A DNA stretch of 64,000 nt from an uncultured Actinomycetota bacterium (GTDB taxonomy: Bacteria > Actinomycetota > Actinomycetes > Streptosporangiales > Streptosporangiaceae). Positions 54,677 to 62,767 of the stretch are shown piece by piece. The translations under genes were made by a program, and so were the position numbers. The stretch is taken from positions 150,948 through 214,947 of the forward strand of contig CAVOHC010000004.1 of NCBI GenBank assembly GCA_963695645.1. Direction: 5' to 3'. Below the pieces are notes generated by a model that searched no databases, had not been told where the DNA came from, and worked only from the letters and a program-made list of their open reading frames with translations. Numbering within the stretch: the first letter of the stretch is position 1; every line of letters starts with the position of its first letter.

Positions 54677-55209
54677 GACGATCCCTCCGCCAGGGCGGCC
54701 CGCAGGTGCGCCTTGGCCCGGTACAGCCTTGTCTTCACGGTGCTCACCGGCACGCGCAGCAACTGCGCCGCCTCCCTGGCGGACAGCCCGTCCAGCACCA
54801 CGGCCTGGATGACGGCGCGCATCTCCGGCGACAGCCGGGCCAGCGCCTGGCCGATATCGCCGTACTCGACCGACAGCAGCACCTGGTCTTCCGCGGCCGG
54901 CGCGGCCTCGGCCTGCCCGAACACGGCAGCGACGCTGCCGCCGGCCCGCAGGCGGCTCACCAGCCGCCGGATCGCGATCCCCCACAGCCACGCCGCGATG
55001 TCGCCGTCGCCGCGAAAGCCCTCCGGTCTCTGCCAGACGGCGACGAACGCGTCCTGGACCGCGTCCGCCACAAGGTCCCGGTCGTTGCACCGCCGGGCAA
55101 GCCGGATAGCAAGCCAGCCCGCGTGGCGCTCGTAAAGCATGCGGAAGGCGCCCATGTCACGTCCGGCCACAGCCAGAAGCAGCGCCTCGTCGCCCGGGCG
55201 GCTGTCCAT
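54673..55209 (-). CDS. ECF-type RNA polymerase sigma-70 family factor
   Basis: Region 2 reads FRMLYERHAGWLAIRLARRC..DLVADAVQDAFVAVW. Region 4 reads LSPEMRAVIQAVVLDGLSAREAAQLLRVPVSTVKTRLYRA. Confidence 0.9.
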   Translation of the reverse strand: MDSRPGDEALLLAVAGRDMGAFRMLYERHAGWLAIRLARRCNDRDLVADAVQDAFVAVWQRPEGFRGDGDIAAWLWGIAIRRLVSRLRAGGSVAAVFGQAEAAPAAEDQVLLSVEYGDIGQALARLSPEMRAVIQAVVLDGLSAREAAQLLRVPVSTVKTRLYRAKAHLRAALAEGSS

Positions 55210-55333
55210 GCCCTAACTGTCGCCCCCCCGGGCCGGAAAAGTTTCACCCCGCGACGGGGATTTCCGCCGGGCCTGCCGCGGCCGCGCTCCTGACCGTCTG
55301 ACCCCGCGCCGGGGCGTAACAAATACCGCTGGG

Positions 55334-56467
55334 TCAGGTGTCGCGGGTTATCATCCGCCACGCCCCGACGACGGACCAGACGACCATCCAGCCGACGATC
55401 ACCGAGATCATGGCCCAGGTCGGCATCGGGGGTATGCCGAGGGCTCCCCGCCCGCCGAACAGCACGCCGCCGCCGGGGCCGCCGCCGGTGGCGGGGGCGA
55501 GCCCTGCGGGGCGAAGCTGGTCCATCGCCACGCCGACGTCGAGCCGCTGGCCATTTATGAAGTCGGGGATCTCGGTGCGGGCGAAGATCGGGGTCACGAT
55601 GATCTCCAGCCCGATCAGCAGGATCGTCGACAGCGTGCGCTGCCCGGTGAGCGAGCCCAGCCCGAGCCCGACCAGGAACCCGATCCCGACCTCGAGCTCG
55701 AGCCACAGCCCGATCTTGAACATCTCGTTGGCCGGCGGTTCGAACTGCTGGTCCTCGGACCCGATGTAGCTGGCGTAGTCGGTGGCGATACCGCTTTTGG
55801 TCCCCGGCTGGATCGGGGCGGCGTTGTCGCTGATTTGGCCGGGCGGAAACGCCTGCGCCGCCTGCCGCGGATGCTGGTGTTCCCAGGTCTGCAGCTGGGC
55901 CTGGTCGAGGTACGGCGGGACCGGGATGTTGTTGTTCATGCTGACCGAGGTCGGCTGCGGAGACGCCTCGTAGCTCGAGACCAGGCAAAGCATTGTGAAC
56001 GCTACGGCGACCGCCGGGACCAGGATCGCCAGGCCAGCCGGGATGCGGGCAAGGTAGAGGGCCAGCCGGGACCGTCCGGTGACCACCAGGTAGCGGAACA
56101 CGCCGTCGTTCAGGTCCGTGGTCGCGGCGGCCGCGCCAACCACGGCGGCGATGATGAACCCGAATTCCGCGCTCAGGTTGGCGATGGCGGCGAACACGCT
56201 CGGGGCGCCGGTCGGCCCGTAGTGCGCGGGGTCGAACAGGTGGAACGCCAGCCGCAGGCCCAGGATCAGCATCGTCGGCGCGACGGTCAACACCAGCACG
56301 GTGATCATCAGGCCGCGGCGCTTGCGCAGTTCGAGGTGCCTGGTGGCGATGAGGTCCCAGGTCGGCAGCGCGGCGCCGAGCCGCCGCGAGACCGAGGTGC
56401 GGCCGGGACGGGTCAGGGATCGCCCTTCGGACAGCAGCGGCTCGGCCGCGGGGGCGGGGCTGGTCAC
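55334..56467 (-). CDS. ABC-2-type transporter permease
   Basis: 377 aa and polytopic. It overlaps the upstream ATPase stop by 4 nt. Confidence 0.65.
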   Translation of the reverse strand: MTSPAPAAEPLLSEGRSLTRPGRTSVSRRLGAALPTWDLIATRHLELRKRRGLMITVLVLTVAPTMLILGLRLAFHLFDPAHYGPTGAPSVFAAIANLSAEFGFIIAAVVGAAAATTDLNDGVFRYLVVTGRSRLALYLARIPAGLAILVPAVAVAFTMLCLVSSYEASPQPTSVSMNNNIPVPPYLDQAQLQTWEHQHPRQAAQAFPPGQISDNAAPIQPGTKSGIATDYASYIGSEDQQFEPPANEMFKIGLWLELEVGIGFLVGLGLGSLTGQRTLSTILLIGLEIIVTPIFARTEIPDFINGQRLDVGVAMDQLRPAGLAPATGGGPGGGVLFGGRGALGIPPMPTWAMISVIVGWMVVWSVVGAWRMITRDT

Positions 56468-57783
56468 GGGTTATCTCCCAGTCGGGTCGTCACGGACAGG
56501 AACCAGTCCTCCAGCGAGGCGCGGATCTCCTGGAGGCCGTACACCGAGATGCCCGCGCCGACCAGCCGCCGGTTGATGTCGGCGACCAGTTCGCGCGAGG
56601 CCCCCGGGGGCAGGGTGACCGTCAGCCCGGCATCGGTGAGGGAGGTGCCCGCGGCGATCCCCGCCTCGTCGATGAGCCGCCCGGCCCGCGCCGGGTCGGC
56701 GCAGTCCACCTGCAGAGCCGCCCCGCCCGCCCCGCGGATCAGCTCGTCGATCGGGCCCTGGCGGATGACCCGGCCGCGGTCTACGATCGCCACCGCGTCG
56801 CAGGTGCGCTCCACCTCGTCCAGCAGGTGTGACGACAGCACCACGGCCCGGCCCTCGTCCACCAGGCTTATGATCATCGCCCGCATCTCGTGCATCCCCG
56901 CCGGGTCGAGCCCGTTCATCGGCTCGTCCAGGATCAGCAGCTCGGGGTCACCGAGCAGGCAGGAGGCCACGCCGAGGCGCTGGCGCATGCCCATCGAGTA
57001 CCTGGCGACCTTGTCGTCGGCGCGTTCGGCCAGGCCGACCCGCTCCAGCGACGGGGCGATCCGCTTCGCCGCGTCACCGCCCCGGGCCGCGGCCAGCAGC
57101 CGGAGGTTGTCCCGCCCGGTCAGGTGGGGATGGAACCGGGGCTCGTCCACGATCGCCCCGACCCGGGCCAGAGCCTGGCTCCGCTCGGCCGGGAGGGGGA
57201 TGCCGAGCAGCGACATCGTGCCGCCGTCGGCCCGGGTCAGGCCGAGCAGGGTGCGGATCAGCGTCGTCTTGCCCGCGCCGTTCGGCCCGAGGTAACCGAG
57301 CGCGTACCCGCGCGGGACCCGCAGCTCGACATCGTTGACCGCGACGTTGGCTCCGAACCGCTTGGTCAGGCCGTGGGTCTCCACCGCCCATCCGTCGGCC
57401 GGGCGCTCGAAGGAGATGGCGGGGCGCGGCGCGCGGGCCGGCACGGGGCTCGCGTCACCATTCGGCGCGTGCGGCATGGCCGGCGTCGACAGCGCCGGCG
57501 GCATAGCGGGCGTGGCCGAGGCGGGGGGCGCGGCCGTCGAGGCCGGAGAGGCGGGTGCCGACGGCGGCTGCCGGCGGCCCCAGTCATCGTCGTGCTCCTT
57601 GGTGTGCCGCTCGCGGCGCATGCGGGACACGCCGAACCCCAGCGCGACGAGCCCGAGGAGCGCGAGAAGGATCCCCCCGCCGCCGAAGTGAACGCCGTGA
57701 CCCGCCGGGACGGAAGCGGCGGTCGCCCACCGGGCCGCGCCGGTTGCGTGTTGCGAGATGACTCGCGTGCCAAAGGTATTCAT
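56464..57783 (-). CDS. ABC transporter ATP-binding protein with an N-terminal TM helix and a Pro/Ala-rich linker
   Basis: ATG at 57783. GGGGILLALLGLVALGFGVS is followed by PPSAPASPASTAAPPASATPAMPP and then the nucleotide-binding domain: GYLGPNGAGKTTLI, YSMGMRQRLG and LILDEPMNGLD. Third-position G/C stays high through the extension, which supports it being translated. Confidence 0.85.
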   Translation of the reverse strand: MNTFGTRVISQHATGAARWATAASVPAGHGVHFGGGGILLALLGLVALGFGVSRMRRERHTKEHDDDWGRRQPPSAPASPASTAAPPASATPAMPPALSTPAMPHAPNGDASPVPARAPRPAISFERPADGWAVETHGLTKRFGANVAVNDVELRVPRGYALGYLGPNGAGKTTLIRTLLGLTRADGGTMSLLGIPLPAERSQALARVGAIVDEPRFHPHLTGRDNLRLLAAARGGDAAKRIAPSLERVGLAERADDKVARYSMGMRQRLGVASCLLGDPELLILDEPMNGLDPAGMHEMRAMIISLVDEGRAVVLSSHLLDEVERTCDAVAIVDRGRVIRQGPIDELIRGAGGAALQVDCADPARAGRLIDEAGIAAGTSLTDAGLTVTLPPGASRELVADINRRLVGAGISVYGLQEIRASLEDWFLSVTTRLGDNP

Positions 57784-57907
57784 CGCAGGTAATCGTGAAC
57801 GAACCGCGAGGCGCTGTCATCATGCGCGGGGATCAGCTTGGCGTCATTCCCGAGACCGACGCCGAGCCGGGCGCGAGTCGCTCGGCAGAGCTAGTCGGGT
57901 CGGCCGC

Positions 57908-58570
57908 TCACACGGCGGTGACGATCCCCGCTTGATACGCGAGGATGACCAGCTGGGTACGGTCGCGGGCATCGAGCTTGGTCAGGATCCTGCTGACGTG
58001 CGTCTTGGCCGTGGGCAGGCTCACCCTCAGGATCTCGGCCAGCTCCGCGTTGGACAGCCCCTGGGCGACCAGGCACAGCACCTCGCGTTCGCGCTCGGTG
58101 AGCTCGTCCAGCCCGCGGGGCGCCTTCGACGGGCTCCGGGTGCTGCCGGTGAAGTGGGCGATGAGCCGGCGCGTGACGCTCGGGGCCAGCAGCGCCTCGC
58201 CGCCGGCGACGGTGCGGATCGCGCTCAGCAGCTCCTCCAGCGGGCGGCTCTTCAGCGCGAAGCCGCTCGCCCCGGCCCGCAGCGCGTCGAAGACGTAGTC
58301 GTCCAGGTCGAACGTGGTGAGGATGAGCACCCGCGGCGCGTCCGGGCCAGGGCTGGAGGTGATCTGCCGGGTCGCCTCGATCCCGTCCATCGCCGGCATC
58401 CGGACGTCCATGACCACGACGTCCGGGGCGAGCCGGTGCGTAGATTCGACCGCCTGCCGCCCGTCGGCCGCCTCGCCGACGACCTCCAGGTCATCCTCGG
58501 CGTCGATCAGCGACGAGAACGCGGTGCGCAGCAGCGCCTCGTCGTCCACGACGAGGACACGAATCGTCAC
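57908..58570 (-). CDS. NarL/LuxR-family response regulator
   Basis: The receiver domain reads IRVLVVDDEALLR...VVVMDVRMPAMDG. The C-terminal LuxR HTH reads LTEREREVLCLVAQGLSNAELAEILRVSLPTAKTHVSRIL. The GTG start overlaps the kinase stop (GTGA). Confidence 0.9.
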   Translation of the reverse strand: MTIRVLVVDDEALLRTAFSSLIDAEDDLEVVGEAADGRQAVESTHRLAPDVVVMDVRMPAMDGIEATRQITSSPGPDAPRVLILTTFDLDDYVFDALRAGASGFALKSRPLEELLSAIRTVAGGEALLAPSVTRRLIAHFTGSTRSPSKAPRGLDELTEREREVLCLVAQGLSNAELAEILRVSLPTAKTHVSRILTKLDARDRTQLVILAYQAGIVTAV

Positions 58571-59870
58571 ACCGACGCCTCGAGCGGGATCTCGGCGAGC
58601 ACGCGGAAGCCGCGGCCGGCGAGCGGTCCGGCCACCAGCCAGCCGCCGAACGCGCCGATCCGCTCGCGCATACCGACGATGCCGTGGCCGGTGCCCGGGC
58701 CGGCCCTTCGCCGCCCGGCGGGCGCCGGGCCGGCCCGCCGTCGTCGGTGACCTCGAGGCGTACCCGGCCGGCCGACACAGCGAGGTCGACGCAGGCGCGG
58801 GCGCCCGGCGCGTGCTTCACCACGTTGGTTAGCGCTTCCTGGGCGACCCGGTAGAGGGTCAGCTCCAGCGCGGGGGAGAGGTGACGGTCGGTGCCCGACG
58901 TCCGCAGCTCCACCGGCGAGCCGGAGGCCCGCACGTTGTCGGCGAGCTCCTTCAGGTCGACCAGCCTCGGCGCCGGCGCCAGCGCGGCCGCTCCGACCTG
59001 CTCGTCGCGCAGCAGCCCGAGCACCACCCGCAGCTCGTCCTGGGCGGTCCGGCCGATCGTCTCGATCGATTCGAGCGCGGCGCTGGCCTCCTCCGGGCGC
59101 CGGTCCATGAGCCGCCGGCCTACCCCGGCCTGGACGGTGATCACCGCGAGCGTGTGGGCGACGACGTCATGCAGCTCGTGCGCGATGCGCACCCGCTCCT
59201 CCCGGACCTTTTGGCGGGCGCGCTCGACCTCGGCGGCCCGCTCGCGCTCGGCCTGCTCGGCCAGCCCGGCCTGGTAGCGCCGTCGAGTCGCGACGCTGTC
59301 GCCGACGAACCACCCGGCCACTAGGGGCGAGTAGCCGGCCACGGCCTCCAGGAGCAGCGGCGGGTGCGGGAAGGCGAGCGCGGAGTACAGCAGTGCCGCG
59401 CTCAGGACCGCCGCGACGGTCAGGGCCGCGCGGATGGAGGTCCGGCGCGGCAGGTTCGAGGCGGTCAGGTACACCGCCCCCCCGAGCAGGATGCCGAACG
59501 GCAGCGAGGCGGTGCCGGAGGCCATGAGCATCCCGGCTGACGCGGCGGTGACCGCGAGCACCGGTGACGGCCACCGCCGCAGCAGCACGATCAGGCAGCA
59601 CGCCAGGACCGCCAGCGGGAGCCGCTGCCCGACTACCGCCACCGGAAGCTGCGGCCCCCGCACGGAGATGCGCGCGGCCGTCATGGCCAGCGCGGCCAGC
59701 GCCGTGCACGCGGCGAGGACGGCGGTGGCCAGCCACGGGCGCCCAACGAAGGCGCGGGCGGGCGCCCGCGGCGGCCGCTGCGCCGGATAGTCAGACACAT
59801 AAAGACGGTAACCGGCGGATCCGCTGGGCGCATCAGTCCCGAGTATGACGGCGGCTACAGGCTGCTGCAT
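58567..59870 (-). pseudogene. HisKA_3-type sensor histidine kinase with a frame break near 58690-58745
   Basis: N-terminal transmembrane helices are followed by RIAHELHDVVAHTL (H-box), QEALTNVVKH (N-box) and RLEVTDDGGPA. The G-box and C-terminus GTGHGIVGMRERIGAFGGWLVAGPLAGRGFRVLAEIPLEASV-TGA occur only in the adjacent frame, ending at 58567. The track ORF 58491..59870 runs on into the regulator gene. Confidence 0.7.
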
Positions 59871-59897
59871 CTTGACAAACCGCCGCCGGGCGACAGA

Positions 59898-59937
59898 TTC
59901 TATAACTAATCAGTTCTAAAATAGGATGGTTATAGAA
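59898..59937. promoter_or_regulatory. 9-bp perfect inverted repeat in the AT-rich kinase/ArsR divergent region (candidate ArsR operator)
   Basis: ttctataac (59898-59906) and gttatagaa (59929-59937) are exact reverse complements. They sit in the AT-rich stretch attctataactaatcagttctaaaataggatggttatagaaatg, immediately before the ArsR ATG at 59938. Confidence 0.35.
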
Positions 59938-60303
59938 ATGGCGGCCGACCGGCTCAGCCTCGTCTTCGGGGCGCTCGCCGATCCGACCCGGCGGGCGATC
60001 CTGACCCGGCTGGCGAACGGCGAGGCCTCCGTGGCTGAGCTCGCCGAGCCGTTCCTGGTGTCGCAGCCGGCCATCTCCCGGCACCTGAAGGTGCTGGAGA
60101 ACGCGGGCCTGATCTCCCGTACCCGCCGCGCCACCGCGCGGCTCAGCCACCTGCAGGCCGAGCCGCTCCGGGACGTGACGGCCTGGCTGGCCCGCTACCA
60201 GCGGTTCTGGGACGGGAGCCACGAACGGCTCGACGACCTGCTCGCGGCGCTGCAGGCCGGCGACCGCGGCAGGCCGGACCATGCGAAAGGAGCGACCCGA
60301 TGA
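59938..60303 (+). CDS. ArsR/SmtB-family transcriptional regulator
   Basis: LSLVFGALADPTRRAILTRLANGEASVAELAEPFLVSQPAISRHLKVLENAGLI is the canonical ArsR winged-helix HTH. The alternative start is ATG 59926. Confidence 0.85.
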   Translation: MAADRLSLVFGALADPTRRAILTRLANGEASVAELAEPFLVSQPAISRHLKVLENAGLISRTRRATARLSHLQAEPLRDVTAWLARYQRFWDGSHERLDDLLAALQAGDRGRPDHAKGATR

Positions 60304-60812
60304 CAGACCCGAACCCGCCGCAGGTTCAGTCCGGCGGCCCTGGCGACGTCCCGGCGGGACGGCCCGCGACGCTCGACCGCCTGGACGTGCTGATCGGCCG
60401 GTGGGAGATGGAGGCCTCGTTCGGCGCCGGGTACTTCGGCCCGGGGACGCCCGCCACCACCCAGCGCGGCGGCCTGACCACCTTCGAGTGGCTGGAGGGC
60501 AGGTATTTCCTCATCCAGCGGTTCGTGGTCGACCATCCGGCCGCCCCCAGCGGCATCGCGATCATCGGGCCGGGCGGCGTGCCCGGCGCGCTCGAGCAGC
60601 ACTACTACGACTCGCGCGGCGTTGCCCGCGTGTACCAGGCCGGCCTGGACGGCGCGACCTGGAAGCTGTGGCGCGAGGCACCCGGCTTCTGGCAGCGCTA
60701 CAGCGGCGTGGTCTCCGAGGACGGCACCATGATCGCCGGCGCCTGGGAGGGGTCCACCGACGGCCGCGACTGGAAGCCCGACTTCGGCCTGACCTATATC
60801 AAGGCGACGTAG
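60300..60812 (+). CDS. Hypothetical protein (about 170 aa, DUF1579-like beta-barrel?) co-transcribed with ArsR
   Basis: Its ATGA overlaps the ArsR stop. LIGRWEMEASFG...TTFEWLEGRYFLIQRF...GTMIAGAWEGSTDGRDW is reminiscent of DUF1579/lipocalin-like proteins. The family assignment is tentative. Confidence 0.45.
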   Translation: MTDPNPPQVQSGGPGDVPAGRPATLDRLDVLIGRWEMEASFGAGYFGPGTPATTQRGGLTTFEWLEGRYFLIQRFVVDHPAAPSGIAIIGPGGVPGALEQHYYDSRGVARVYQAGLDGATWKLWREAPGFWQRYSGVVSEDGTMIAGAWEGSTDGRDWKPDFGLTYIKAT

Positions 60813-61004
60813 CCGCCCCTGGCGGGTGTCGCGCCCGGCTACGCCGCCTCGACGTGGTCGGCAAGGATGGCCTCGATCACCGCGTGTGGTGTACGGAAAT
60901 CTGAGCCGTTGTAAACGCGCCCGTGCGGGCGCATCCTTTGCGTCAGCGGGCCTGCCGGCCACCTCCTCCGGCCGGCAGGCCGCGCATCGAAAGGAGAGCG
61001 GGAA

Positions 61005-62099
61005 ATGGCCAGATTACGACTGCGCAAGGCAATGATCACCGGGGCGGCGGCGCTAGCGCTGGTGGCCGGGGGGACCGCGGCAGGCGCGGCAATCGCCGCG
61101 GGCCCGGTCGACGGCTCGGGCGTGATTCACGGCTGCTGGACAAACACCGCGATCAACGGGACGCACGTCTTCGTGTTGCAGGACGCCGGGACGACGTGCC
61201 CGAAGGGCACCACGGCCATCTCCTGGAATCAGCAGGGTCCGGCGGGCCCGGCTGGGGCTACCGGGCCAGCGGGCCCGGCTGGGCAGGCCGGGCCGAAGGG
61301 GGACACCGGCGCTCAGGGACCGGCAGGCAACGATGGTGCTCAGGGACCGGCAGGCCCGCAGGGACCGGCCGGACCGCAAGGACCGCCAGGTGCGGCCAGC
61401 CTGGACAGCCTGGCCGGAACGGTCTGCAACGTGGGCAGCCCGGACCAGGGCACGCTGCAGGTCTCCTATGGCAGCCAGGGCTCGGTGAGCCTCACCTGCG
61501 TGCCGACCACCTTGCACACCCTGACCGTCACGATCGCCGGCGGTGACGGCCACGACACCGTGACCAGCAGCCCGGCCGGCATCGACTGCAACCCGGGCAA
61601 CGCCGGGTCAGTGTGCTCCGCGTCGTTCCCGATGGGGTATGACGTCACCCTGACCGCCACGCAGGTTTCATCGGCCGGCGACACCGACGTGGTGACCAGC
61701 TGGGGCGGCGCCTCTGGCTGCCCGGCCGCGGTAGAGCCTGCTTTCAGCAATCCGCCCTGCACGGTCACGATGAACGCCGACACCAGCGTGACCGCGACCT
61801 TCGCCGGGAAGTTGACGGTAGGCAACTTTACCGGCAACGGCTTCTCTTTCGCGGATGCCAGCATCAACTTCGACAGCACCGCGATTTCGCTGCCAGGCAG
61901 CATTAATGCGGCAACTTTCGCCACGGCGGTGATTCCCTACGGGTCCGCAGTCACGATCCAGGTGCTGGGTGGAAGTACAGCCGAATTCCAGGGCTCTGCC
62001 TGCTCTCCCGCGAACGGAGCGACCGACACTGCCACTTCCTGCGCGTTCACGATGGCTCCCGGCGATGCGATTGGCAATCCGGCCATCTCCATCCGGTAG
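61005..62099 (+). CDS. Secreted collagen-like (Gly-X-Y) repeat protein with C-terminal bacterial-repeat domains
   Basis: The signal-like start is [33 protein letters not shown]. Seventeen uninterrupted G-X-Y triplets ([52 protein letters not shown]) span about 61236-61391. The following [23 protein letters not shown]...VTLTATQ...[15 protein letters not shown] is an InlB-B-repeat-like pattern. Confidence 0.8.
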   Translation: MARLRLRKAMITGAAALALVAGGTAAGAAIAAGPVDGSGVIHGCWTNTAINGTHVFVLQDAGTTCPKGTTAISWNQQGPAGPAGATGPAGPAGQAGPKGDTGAQGPAGNDGAQGPAGPQGPAGPQGPPGAASLDSLAGTVCNVGSPDQGTLQVSYGSQGSVSLTCVPTTLHTLTVTIAGGDGHDTVTSSPAGIDCNPGNAGSVCSASFPMGYDVTLTATQVSSAGDTDVVTSWGGASGCPAAVEPAFSNPPCTVTMNADTSVTATFAGKLTVGNFTGNGFSFADASINFDSTAISLPGSINAATFATAVIPYGSAVTIQVLGGSTAEFQGSACSPANGATDTATSCAFTMAPGDAIGNPAISIR

Positions 62100-62191
62100 C
62101 AGCGATCTCGCGGGCCCCGCTACCCCGCGGCGGGGCTCGCGGAATCGTCCGGCGCTAGCGCTGCCTGGCAAGTTCTGGCCACCAAACGGTC

Positions 62192-62506
62192 TCAGCCTGG
62201 CCAGTACGAGCATCTGGCGCCGGTGCGCACTGGGCGGCGTAGGTGTTCGCCGATCATGGCATCGGCCTCGGCGATGTGCTGGAGCGTACGGCGGATGGAC
62301 TTGCCGACCGCGATGCCTGCGCGTTCCCTGCCGTCGGTAAATTGGCGGGTCCGTCCCCCGAGCCCGGTGGCGGCGGCGAGTTCTGCGGTGAGCCAGTCGC
62401 GTTCGGCGCGGGCCCGGTCGGTGCGCTCCGGTTGGCGCGCCCGAGATACCACGCAACGGCGGCGCGACCCTGTTCGCGCCGCCCGTTGCCGTACCGAGCG
62501 GGCCAT
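62192..62506 (-). CDS. Hypothetical ORF, probably a C-terminal fragment of a larger conserved protein
   Basis: ERDWLTAELAAATGLGGRTRQFTDGRERAGIAVGKSIRRTLQHIAEADAMIGEHLRRPVRTGARCSYWP looks like a conserved actinobacterial C-terminal module, but the N-terminus is Arg-rich junk. I have no family name for it. Confidence 0.3.
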   Translation of the reverse strand: MARSVRQRAARTGSRRRCVVSRARQPERTDRARAERDWLTAELAAATGLGGRTRQFTDGRERAGIAVGKSIRRTLQHIAEADAMIGEHLRRPVRTGARCSYWPG

Positions 62507-62767
62507 GGGGTAGCCGGACGACTCCGAGAGGGACTTGAACCCCCATGTATATGACCTGCGGATTTATCAGGCCCGCCAGAGGGCGGCTTGCGAACCAGCC
62601 GGTCAGAGCTGCGTGGTATGTGTCCGAGGGGCGAATGCACCCAAATCCCAATGCGTTCTTACGGGTGAGTTCGTACTGGTGCCACTGGTAAGCGGGCAGT
62701 CGGGCCGGAGCGCGCGTGCGCTGCGCCTGCGGAGGCTGGCTTTGGTGCTGGGTAGTTGGGCGGCGGG

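Noticed and set aside
53126-55090. 654-aa minus-strand ORF as a single protein
   Set aside because: Its first 138 residues are an out-of-frame overlap with the ECF sigma gene. The middle part is the anti-sigma factor. The last ~240 residues are an out-of-frame read-through across the ABC ATPase gene after a frame break.
50441-57295. Series of long + strand ORFs (50441..51532, 51291..52553, 53603..55135, 55835..57295, 56890..57792)
   Set aside because: All are low-complexity Arg/Gly/Pro/His-rich translations lying antisense to minus-strand genes with clear ABC, sigma-factor or membrane-protein signatures.
62505-62600. Intact tRNA gene on the minus strand
   Set aside because: Only a T-arm and a 3' acceptor-like strand are present. 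There is no complementary 5' acceptor strand, and the best anticodon-stem candidate has a 9-nt loop. I recorded it only as a possible tRNA-derived fragment.
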